Assembly: GCA_035491895.1 (NCBI GenBank)
Contig: DATJJY010000094.1
Span: 33,025-97,024 of the forward strand
Source: Gemmatimonadales bacterium
Lineage (GTDB): Bacteria; Gemmatimonadota; Gemmatimonadetes; Gemmatimonadales; GWC2-71-9
Direction: 5' to 3'
DNA: 64,000 nt
The notes under the pieces were generated by a model. It worked only from the letters and a program-made list of their open reading frames with translations, was not told the DNA's origin and made no database searches. The position numbers and the translations under genes were made by a program. Of this stretch, positions 22,694-30,320 are shown one piece after another (the first letter of the stretch is position 1; every line of letters begins with the position of its first letter).

Positions 22694-25237
22694 TTAGTAG
22701 TCGTAGATATGATCCACCACGAGCCGCCCCCGTGTCCCTGCTGCAAGGACGTCGAGGAGATCACGCGCGTCGACCGCCAGCACGACGCGCATCCACCCGC
22801 GGTCGGTGGGGACGGCGTACGCGGCGACGACCGTAGAGCGGGGTGGCGCCTCCCAATCCCGCGGCGCCGTGCCGGTCAGCGTGACGATCTCGTTTCCCGA
22901 GACCTCGGCGACGCGCACGCGTGACGCATCCCGCGACAGGCCGAGCAGGGCATCGCGGAACGCCGCGTAGCGCGGCACGCTGAGCAGGGCGTAGCGGCGG
23001 TCGAGCCAGGCGACGCGCCGGAGATGAACCGGAGCCGTATCGACCGCGAGGGAATCGCTCCATCCCGCGACCACGACGTAGCGCTGCGCTTCGTCGGGTG
23101 AATACGCCGTCGCGGTGCCGAGTCCGATCAGCGTCGCGTAGATCGCCTTGAAGCCGTATTCCGCGGACAGCCACAGCCGGCGCTCCCACTTTCTCAGGAT
23201 GCCGGGCCCGGTCCAGGGAACGTCGGTCCAGAGGTGCACCAGCGCGTGCGCGAACGAGAACTCGTACCACCCCTTCTCGTTGATGAGCCGGGCGTACTGC
23301 GAGGCCACCGTCGCGGCGTAGCGGTCTTCCGCGGTGCCGTCGATCGGTGCGTCCTGCTCCGAGAGGCGCCCGACGGTCTCCTCGTAGAGTCCCTTCAGGC
23401 CGTATTCGACGGCGGTGCTCAGCCCGATGACGCCGAGCATCAGATGCGTGCCGAATCCCGCCGGGGAGCGCGTCCGGCTGGCGCGCCAGGTGGCGAAATA
23501 GCTGCGCCAAAACGTCCCCACCGATTGGACGTACGGGAATTCGCTGGGCGGCTTCAGTGCGGAGAGCCACCGGGCGTACGCCTCGCTCGTGTACACCAGG
23601 TCCCACTCCGGATGCGTGAGGTATTCGGCGCCTTCGTCCCGCTGATATCCCGCCACGGTGTCGAGGGCGATGCGGACCTCGCCGGGGAGCACCGCCGGCA
23701 TGTGGGCGGCGGAGACGTCGGGGACGCGGCCATCGGGGCCGGGCTCGTACAGGTCCCACAGCGTGTTGGTGAACTTGTTGGTCGGATCGACCTGCCGCTT
23801 TACGGCGAAGAGGTCGGCGGCCCCCGGGTACGCCCGCGCGAACTGGTCGCGCGTCGCGACCGGCTGATACGGCAGGTAATAGCGTCCCCCGCAAGCGATC
23901 GCGGCCTCGATCAGCTCGCGGGTCCAGCGGCCGACCTCCGTCCGGGCCGGGGCGTCGGTCCCCTGTTGGTAATAGAGGACGTAGGCGAAGACTTCCGTCC
24001 TGGCCCAGGCGAGGTCCGTCCCCGGGTCGGCGTTCGCATGGCGGATCGAGACGTTGACGGCGTTGACCTGATGGCGCTGCAGGATCTGCCGCATGCGCGG
24101 GACGAACACCGGCAGGCTGTCGGAGGGAACGAAGTACTCCTGCAGCACGTACGTGGTGCGCGCCCGCGAGGCCGGCTCCAGCTCACTGACGTCGTAACTC
24201 GCCTCGTAATTGCGCCACGTGACCGGGTGCCCTTTGAACATCAACGGATCGAGGATGTGCTGCCGCAGCCATTTGCCGATGCGCCCGCTCGTGATCACCC
24301 GGTATGCGAGCCGGTGACCCCACGACGCCTGGTCGGCGGGTTGGATCCGCTCCGGGACAGTGACCGGGAGGTCGGTGCGAACGTAGGAGACGGCGTGGGT
24401 CGTTTCGTACGCCGGTGGATAGATGTCGGAATTATGGAAGATGACGCTCGAGTCGGGCTGGACGCGCCGGCGGAAGTACGCCAGGTAGTCGGCGACGGCG
24501 AGGGTGGTATCGACCCGCTGCACGCGTGTATCGAGGGCGAGGTCCAGCGTCACATCGGCGATCACGCCGAGCGCGCCGTAGCCGCCGATGGCGCCGTAGA
24601 ACAGCTCCGGGTGCTCGGTGGGGCTGGCGCGCACGACGCGGCCGTCGGCGAGCACGAGGGTGATGGCGCGTACGGAGCGGACCACCGGTCCCTGTCCGAT
24701 GTAGCGGCCGTGGGCGTTCACCGAGAGGGCGCCGCCCACGGTGAACGTGTTGTACGTCTGCATGATCTGCACCGACAACCCGGCGGGGTCGATCGCTTGC
24801 TGCACCTCGCGCCAGCGGGTGCCGGAATGCACGGTGATGGTGCGCACCGCCGTGTCGAGCGCCACGACCCCGTGGAAATTCCGCAGGTCGAGCTGCAGTC
24901 CGTCGGGAGTGGCCGTCTGCCCGCCCATGCTGTAGCGTCCTCCGCCGATGGAGATCGGCCCGGGAGAGGCGGCCACGAGACGCGAGATCTCGTCCACGGA
25001 GCGGGGCGCGGCGACGCGGTCCATCGTGATGGGGTAGAGACCGGTTACCTCGGTCACCCGGGTGCTCGAATCGGGAAGCGTGATCACCGGGACGTCCGGC
25101 GCGCGGCAGAATCCGACGATGCTGACGCCCACACCGAACAGCAGAATCGCGGCCAGGCCCCGGCTGATATAGCGAAGCCAGCGCCTCACCCTACCTTGTG
25201 GAGTAGCGGCCTTCTTCCGGGAGCGGAACCATGCCAT
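22694..25237 (-). CDS. Membrane-anchored FAD-linked oxidase (PCMH/FAD_binding_4 type) with a ~350-aa unrecognised C-terminal region
   Basis: N-terminal TM segment LAAILLFGVGVSIVGF. FAD-binding motifs ISIGGGRYSMGGQ and ...VNAHGRY... After about residue 490 there is no motif I recognise. Confidence 0.88.
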   Translation of the reverse strand: MAWFRSRKKAATPQGRVRRWLRYISRGLAAILLFGVGVSIVGFCRAPDVPVITLPDSSTRVTEVTGLYPITMDRVAAPRSVDEISRLVAASPGPISIGGGRYSMGGQTATPDGLQLDLRNFHGVVALDTAVRTITVHSGTRWREVQQAIDPAGLSVQIMQTYNTFTVGGALSVNAHGRYIGQGPVVRSVRAITLVLADGRVVRASPTEHPELFYGAIGGYGALGVIADVTLDLALDTRVQRVDTTLAVADYLAYFRRRVQPDSSVIFHNSDIYPPAYETTHAVSYVRTDLPVTVPERIQPADQASWGHRLAYRVITSGRIGKWLRQHILDPLMFKGHPVTWRNYEASYDVSELEPASRARTTYVLQEYFVPSDSLPVFVPRMRQILQRHQVNAVNVSIRHANADPGTDLAWARTEVFAYVLYYQQGTDAPARTEVGRWTRELIEAAIACGGRYYLPYQPVATRDQFARAYPGAADLFAVKRQVDPTNKFTNTLWDLYEPGPDGRVPDVSAAHMPAVLPGEVRIALDTVAGYQRDEGAEYLTHPEWDLVYTSEAYARWLSALKPPSEFPYVQSVGTFWRSYFATWRASRTRSPAGFGTHLMLGVIGLSTAVEYGLKGLYEETVGRLSEQDAPIDGTAEDRYAATVASQYARLINEKGWYEFSFAHALVHLWTDVPWTGPGILRKWERRLWLSAEYGFKAIYATLIGLGTATAYSPDEAQRYVVVAGWSDSLAVDTAPVHLRRVAWLDRRYALLSVPRYAAFRDALLGLSRDASRVRVAEVSGNEIVTLTGTAPRDWEAPPRSTVVAAYAVPTDRGWMRVVLAVDARDLLDVLAAGTRGRLVVDHIYDY

Positions 25238-25650
25238 CGGATCGCGCCTTGCGCTGGAGTGCGTTCGGGTTCGGCATCTTTTTCGCGCTGGTCGTCGTAC
25301 TGGGCTACATCCCGTCGCTCAACGGCGGAGCGGGCCACGTCGCGATGACGGCGAACGGAGAGCACCAGATGATGGGGCTCTACATGATCGGAGCCGCCGA
25401 CGACGTCACTCACGGCCTGACCGCCGTCCTCCTGCTCGCCGCGTCATTCACGTCGGCGCGCGCCAGCCGCCTGGGCCTGCTCGTGTTCGGATGCTACTAC
25501 GCCGTCGATGCGGCGATCTATCTGGTGACCGGCGTCGTCCAGCAGCGCCCCTTGCTTTCGAACATCCTCTTGAACCTGCCGCACGTCGTCATCTCCGCCA
25601 TCATGCTGACGCTCGTATTCCGCGGCAGGAGGGCGTTGCTCGCGGCCTGA
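25231..25650 (+). CDS. Small membrane protein (DUF4383-like)
   Basis: 139 aa with four hydrophobic segments (FGFGIFFALVVVLGYIPSL...). The family assignment is tentative. Confidence 0.75.
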   Translation: MPSDRALRWSAFGFGIFFALVVVLGYIPSLNGGAGHVAMTANGEHQMMGLYMIGAADDVTHGLTAVLLLAASFTSARASRLGLLVFGCYYAVDAAIYLVTGVVQQRPLLSNILLNLPHVVISAIMLTLVFRGRRALLAA

Positions 25651-25657
25651 CGTCCGG

Positions 25658-26479
25658 TCAGGAAAAGGCGCGGTTCAGGTCGATCGACTGGGCCGTCGCC
25701 TTGGCGAGGGCGGCGAACGTCCCGTGCGTGGCGATCTCTTTCGCGGCAGGGAGAAACCCCGCCCACGCCGACCGGGCCAGCGCGCCCCCGGTGCTGATGC
25801 GCCGCACCCCCAGCTCCGCCAGTCTTGCAACGGTCGTCCAGTCGCCGCCTACGAGGACGTTGACCGGCTTCGGCGCCACGGCCCGGACGATGGCCGTGAT
25901 GTCGGCGGCCGTCCGGATTCCCGGGGCAAAGACGCAATCGGCACCGGCCGCGGCGTAGGCGGTGAGGCGGCGAATCGTCTCCACCAGATCGGGGCGCCCG
26001 ACGACGAACCCCTCGGAGCGCCCGGTGAGCAGCACGCCGTTTCCGAGGGCGTCGATGGCGCGCCGGGCCGCGCGGACGCGCTCCACCGCGAGGTCGAATT
26101 CGAACAACGGCTCGGCCGCGTCTCCGGTCGAGTCTTCGATCGACAGCCCGGCGATCCCGGTCTGAGCGGCGGCGGCGACGTTCCGGGCGACCGCCTCCGG
26201 CGCCGCGGCGAAGCCATGCTCGAAATCGGCGGAGACCGGGACGTCGACCGCCGCGGCGACGGCGCGGTAGTGGGCCAGCGCGTCTTCCAGGGCGACGCCG
26301 TTGTCGGGGCGTCCCATCGTCCAGGCGAACCCCGAGCTGGTGGTAGCGAGGGCGGGGAAGCCGAGCTGCGCGAGCAGCCGGGCGCTCCCCTGGTCCCAGG
26401 GGTTGGGGATGACGAAGCAGCCGGACAGGTGCAGCCGGTGGAACTCGCGGATGCGGTCGGTGGGAGGCATGGCGCTCAT
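25658..26479 (-). CDS. Isocitrate lyase/PEP mutase-family protein
   Basis: FVIPNPWDQGSARLLAQLGFPALATTSSGFAW... and ...GLSIEDS... are typical of the ICL/PEPM superfamily. Confidence 0.88.
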   Translation of the reverse strand: MSAMPPTDRIREFHRLHLSGCFVIPNPWDQGSARLLAQLGFPALATTSSGFAWTMGRPDNGVALEDALAHYRAVAAAVDVPVSADFEHGFAAAPEAVARNVAAAAQTGIAGLSIEDSTGDAAEPLFEFDLAVERVRAARRAIDALGNGVLLTGRSEGFVVGRPDLVETIRRLTAYAAAGADCVFAPGIRTAADITAIVRAVAPKPVNVLVGGDWTTVARLAELGVRRISTGGALARSAWAGFLPAAKEIATHGTFAALAKATAQSIDLNRAFS

Positions 26480-26521
26480 CTTAACGCGTCGTGGTGGGCC
26501 GCGCAGACCCAGCCGCGGCGC

Positions 26522-27781
26522 TCAGCCGCGCTTCAAGGACTCGGCGCGCTCGATCAGGAGCGTCCGCTCGCGGGCGTTGCGCGTGAGCCCGGCCGCCCGC
26601 TCCAGCTCCGCACGCGCCTCCTCCGAGCGACCCAGTTTCGCGAGAAAGTCGGCGCGCACCGCCGGCAGCAGGTAGTACTCGCGCATCGCCGGCTCATCCC
26701 GCAGGGGATCGACGATCTCCAGTCCCGCCGCGGGCCCGAACGCCATCGCGTAGGCGACGCCGCGGTTCAGCTCGACCACCGGCGAGGGCGTCAGCTGGGC
26801 AAGGGCATCGTACAGCGCCGTGATGCGGGTCCAGTCGGTTTCCTCAGGGCTGGTGGCGCGGGCGTGGCAGGCGGCGATGGCCGCCTGCACCGTGTAGGGA
26901 CCGTACGCGCCGCCGAGCGATTCGGCACGCTCGAGTGCCGCCAGCCCGCGGCGGATCAACAGCTGGTCCCAGCGGGCGCGATCCTGATCGAGCAGCAGAA
27001 TCGGCTCGCCGCTCGGGGACAGGCGCGCCCGGAGCCGTGAGCTCTGGATCTCGAGCAGGGCGACGAGGCCGTGCACTTCGGGCTCCTGCGGCATGAGCTC
27101 GGCCAGTACGCGGCCTAGCCGTACGGCATCCTCGCACAGCGCCGGTCGGGCCCAGTCATCCCCCGCCGTCGCCGAGTAGCCTTCGTTGAAGACGAGGTAA
27201 ATCACCGCGAGCACCGACGACAGCCGGGCTGCGCGGTCGTCACCGCGCGGCACCTCGAAGGGGACGTGGGCTTCCCGCAGCGTCCGTTTCGCCCGCACGA
27301 TGCGCTGGGCGATCGTCGCCTCGGGAACGAGAAAGGCGCGTGCGATCTCGTCGGTCGTGAGGCCGCCGAGGAGTCGGAGGGTGAGTGCCACCCGCGCCTC
27401 GGGCGAGAGCACCGGGTGGCAGGTGGTAAACACGAGGCGCAGGATGTCGTCGCCGAAATCGTCGTCCAAGAGGTCAAGGTCGGGGGCGGTACGCTCCTGC
27501 TCCGCGGCGAGCTCGTAGGTCAGGCCGGCGTGTTTGGCATCGAGCATCTTGCGGCGTCGCAGTAGATCGATGGCGCGATGCTTGGCCGCGGCCATGAGCC
27601 AGGCTCCCGGGTTGTCCGGAACCCCTGACTCGGGCCACCGCTCGAGCGCCGCGACCAGCGCGTCCTGCGCGAGGTCTTCGGCGAGACCGACATCCTTCAC
27701 CAGGCGCGCGAGTCCACCGATCAGTCTGGCGGATTCGATCCGCCAGACTGCCTCGATGGCGCGATGCGCTTCGGATGACAT
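26522..27781 (-). CDS. ECF sigma factor with long C-terminal TPR-like extension (COG4941 / ECF42-like)
   Basis: The start at MSSEAHRAIEAVWRIESARLIGGLARL overlaps the upstream YCII stop by 1 nt. Region 2: LAQDALVAALERW...PGAWLMAAAKHRAIDLLRR. Region 4: LGGLTTDEIARAFLVPEATIAQRIVRAKR. The ~230-aa helical C-terminal extension is present and no anti-sigma gene is adjacent. Confidence 0.9.
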   Translation of the reverse strand: MSSEAHRAIEAVWRIESARLIGGLARLVKDVGLAEDLAQDALVAALERWPESGVPDNPGAWLMAAAKHRAIDLLRRRKMLDAKHAGLTYELAAEQERTAPDLDLLDDDFGDDILRLVFTTCHPVLSPEARVALTLRLLGGLTTDEIARAFLVPEATIAQRIVRAKRTLREAHVPFEVPRGDDRAARLSSVLAVIYLVFNEGYSATAGDDWARPALCEDAVRLGRVLAELMPQEPEVHGLVALLEIQSSRLRARLSPSGEPILLLDQDRARWDQLLIRRGLAALERAESLGGAYGPYTVQAAIAACHARATSPEETDWTRITALYDALAQLTPSPVVELNRGVAYAMAFGPAAGLEIVDPLRDEPAMREYYLLPAVRADFLAKLGRSEEARAELERAAGLTRNARERTLLIERAESLKRG

Positions 27782-28134
27782 CAGGCCGGAGAATTCACCG
27801 GCGCTTCGTACAACTGGCGTAGCTCGCACTCTCCTTCACCGGTGAAGGTGAGGAATCGCCGCACCAGCTCGACCGCATCCTCCTTCGACGCTGCATTGAG
27901 GATGGCGAATCCGCCGACCACTTCCTTCGCTTCCGTGAACGGTCCGTCGGTCACCGTCACCTTCCCCTTCGCGAGCCGAATGCGCGCGCCCAGCGCACTG
28001 GGCAGGCATCCTTCGGTGGAGACGAGCTCGCCCGCTTTCATCGACTCCTCGATGTAGCGGCCCATCCGGTCCATCTCCTCCTGCGTGGGTGGAGCGTTGC
28101 GCTCCGCCGTCTTGTAAATCGAGAGGAATCGCAT
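27781..28134 (-). CDS. YCII-related (DGPF-motif) protein
   Basis: 117 aa from MRFLSIYK... Carries the TVTDGPFTEAKEVVGGF motif. The upstream part of the 289-aa track ORF is spurious. Confidence 0.88.
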   Translation of the reverse strand: MRFLSIYKTAERNAPPTQEEMDRMGRYIEESMKAGELVSTEGCLPSALGARIRLAKGKVTVTDGPFTEAKEVVGGFAILNAASKEDAVELVRRFLTFTGEGECELRQLYEAPVNSPA

Positions 28135-28154
28135 GGATCTCACCGTCCTTTCTG

Positions 28155-28574
28155 TTAGCGTTGCTTGGATGCCTGAGCGCGCAGCCGGGCTTCCTGATCG
28201 CGCAGTTCCGGCGTGAGATTGGGGCCGAAGTCGTCCGCCTCGAACACCTGGCGGATCTCGATCACCGTGCCGCCGTCGAACGGGGCCCGCTTCATCCAGG
28301 CGATCGCCTCGTCCTTGTTCTTGACCTGAATCAGCCAGAATCCGGCGATCAGCTCCTTGGATTCGGTGAACGGCCCGTCGGTGACGGTCGTCCTGCCGCC
28401 CGAGAATTTGATGCGCGCCCCTTTCGAGGTGGCGTGCAACCCCTCGCCGGCGAGCATCACGCCGGCCTTCACCATCTCTTCGTTGAACTTGCCCATCTTG
28501 CTCAGGATCTCCTGGTCGGGGAGCACCCCCGCCTCGGAATCCTTGTTCGCTGGGACAATCACCATGAACCTCAT
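28155..28574 (-). CDS. YCII-related (DGPF-motif) protein
   Basis: 139 aa from MRFMVIVPANK... after an AAGGAG RBS. Carries the TVTDGPFTESKELIAGF motif. Confidence 0.88.
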   Translation of the reverse strand: MRFMVIVPANKDSEAGVLPDQEILSKMGKFNEEMVKAGVMLAGEGLHATSKGARIKFSGGRTTVTDGPFTESKELIAGFWLIQVKNKDEAIAWMKRAPFDGGTVIEIRQVFEADDFGPNLTPELRDQEARLRAQASKQR

Positions 28575-28681
28575 AGTCACTCCTTGCGTGTGTGAGCGCT
28601 TTGCAATCGTCTCTACCCCTGCGACGAATGAAAGGCTGGGCGATCGACATGCTTTTAAGTGCTTGATTCCATGTGCGATGG

Positions 28682-28846
28682 GATGGAGACGTCGAGACGG
28701 CGAGGGAGACGCCAACCCGCCAAGCCGCCGAAAGGACGCCAAGGAACCAGGAGCTAGGAAGGTCCTAATACCCGATTCCTGGGCCTCCACTCGGCGGCTC
28801 GGCGGCGCGGCGTCTGCCTAGTCGGCTCGCCGTCTCGGCGTCTATC
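28682..28846. promoter_or_regulatory. ~165-bp inverted-repeat cis-element in the divergent promoter region
   Basis: Right arm (28791-28846): TCGGCGGCTCGGCGGCGCGGCGTCTGCCTAGTCGGCTCGCCGTCTCGGCGTCTATC. Reverse complement of the left arm (28682-28731): TCGGCGGCTTGGCGGGTTGGCGTCTCCCTCGCCGTCTCGACGTCTCCATC. They are the same sequence apart from an ~8-nt indel and a few substitutions. Confidence 0.8.
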
Positions 28847-28867
28847 TTCGAGGTGAAAGGAGAGTGC

Positions 28868-29980
28868 ATGAGCAGCGTTCGCGTTCTCGTCGGCACCCGC
28901 AAGGGTGCTTTTATCCTGACCTCGGACGGCAAGCGCCAGAAATGGGACGTGGCGGGGCCGCACTTCGCCGGGTGGGAGATCTACCACGTCAAAGGGTCGC
29001 CCGTCGACAAGAACCGGCTTTACGCGTCGCAATCCTCCGGGTGGTTCGGCCAGCAGATCCAGCGATCCAATGACGCCGGCAAGACGTGGGAGCCGGTGGG
29101 GAACAAGTTCGTCTACGAGGGCGTCCCCGGTACGCATCAGTGGTACGACGGCACGCCGCATCCCTGGGAGTTCAAGCGCGTGTGGCACCTCGAGCCGTCG
29201 CTCGACGACCCCGACGCCGTGTACGCCGGCGTGGAAGACGCCGCGTTGTTCCACACGACGGACGGCGGGCAGAGCTGGGCGGAGCTGCCGGGCCTGCGCG
29301 GGCACGGGTCCGGGCCCCACTGGCAGCCCGGCGCCGGCGGGATGTGTCTCCACACGATTCTCATCGATCCGGGCAATCCGAAGCGCATGTTCATCGCGAT
29401 CTCGGCGGCGGGGGCGTTCCGCACCGACGACGCCGGGCGCAGCTGGCGGCCGATCAACCGCGGTCTCAAGTCCCAGGGCATTCCCGATCCCGAGGCCGAG
29501 GTCGGGCACTGCGTGCACCGCATCGCACAGCACCGCTCGCGCCCCGACGTGCTCTTCATGCAGAAGCACTGGGACGTCATGCGCTCCGACGACGCCGGCG
29601 ACACGTGGCGCGAGGTGAGCGGCAATCTCCCCACCGACTTCGGGTTCCCGATCGACGTGCACGCGCATGAGCCGGAGACGATCTACGTCGTCCCGATCAC
29701 GAGCGATTCCTACCACTATCCGCCCGACGGCAAACTGCGCGTCTATCGCAGCCGCACCGGCGGCAACGAATGGGAAGCGCTGACCAAGGGACTGCCGCAG
29801 CGCGACTGCTACGTGAACGTGCTGCGCGACGCGATGGCGGTGGATGCGCTCGACCATTGCGGGATCTACTTCGGCACGACGGGCGGCCAGGTATACGTCT
29901 CGGCCGATGCCGGCGACAACTGGACCGCGATCGTGCACGACCTCCCCGCGGTGCTGTCGGTCGAGGTGCAGACGCTGTGA
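28868..29980 (+). CDS. Asp-box (BNR) beta-propeller protein, sialidase-fold-like, no signal peptide seen
   Basis: ATG at 28868 after an AAGGAG RBS. Five SxDxGxTW-type Asp-boxes: [34 protein letters not shown] and SADAGDNW. Confidence 0.88.
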   Translation: MSSVRVLVGTRKGAFILTSDGKRQKWDVAGPHFAGWEIYHVKGSPVDKNRLYASQSSGWFGQQIQRSNDAGKTWEPVGNKFVYEGVPGTHQWYDGTPHPWEFKRVWHLEPSLDDPDAVYAGVEDAALFHTTDGGQSWAELPGLRGHGSGPHWQPGAGGMCLHTILIDPGNPKRMFIAISAAGAFRTDDAGRSWRPINRGLKSQGIPDPEAEVGHCVHRIAQHRSRPDVLFMQKHWDVMRSDDAGDTWREVSGNLPTDFGFPIDVHAHEPETIYVVPITSDSYHYPPDGKLRVYRSRTGGNEWEALTKGLPQRDCYVNVLRDAMAVDALDHCGIYFGTTGGQVYVSADAGDNWTAIVHDLPAVLSVEVQTL

Positions 29981-30276
29981 TGGTCCGCGTCGCGCTTCCG
30001 GCCCACCTCAAGACGCTGGCGAGCGTGTCGGACGAAGTGGAGCTGCAGGTGGCGGCGCCGGTGACGCAGGGCAGGGTGCTCGATGCCCTCGAAGCCCGCT
30101 ATCCAATGCTGCGCGGGGCGATCCGCGACCACGTCACGCTCGAGCGCCGGCCGTTCGTGCGCTTCTTCGCCTGCGCGCGGGACCTGTCGCACGAACGGCC
30201 CGACGCCCCGCTCCCCGAGGCGGTCCAGTCGGGGACCGAGCCGTTTCTCGTCGTGGGAGCGATGGCGGGAGGGTAG
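29980..30276 (+). CDS. MoaD/ThiS-like ubiquitin-fold (beta-grasp) protein ending in Gly-Gly
   Basis: 98 aa. TGATG overlap with the upstream gene. [14 protein letters not shown]...[12 protein letters not shown]...[10 protein letters not shown] has MoaD-like length, pattern and C-terminal GG. Confidence 0.8.
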   Translation: MVRVALPAHLKTLASVSDEVELQVAAPVTQGRVLDALEARYPMLRGAIRDHVTLERRPFVRFFACARDLSHERPDAPLPEAVQSGTEPFLVVGAMAGG

Positions 30277-30320
30277 AAATACCTTGACGGCCCTCCCACT
30301 CTTTATGACTATGTTCCACT

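Noticed and set aside
21124-22706. Classical tRNA-targeted genomic island.
   Set aside because: There is no integrase, no direct repeat of the tRNA 3' end downstream (I looked for ggttcgaatccgggccagggca after 22541), and the inserted block is only ~1.45 kb.
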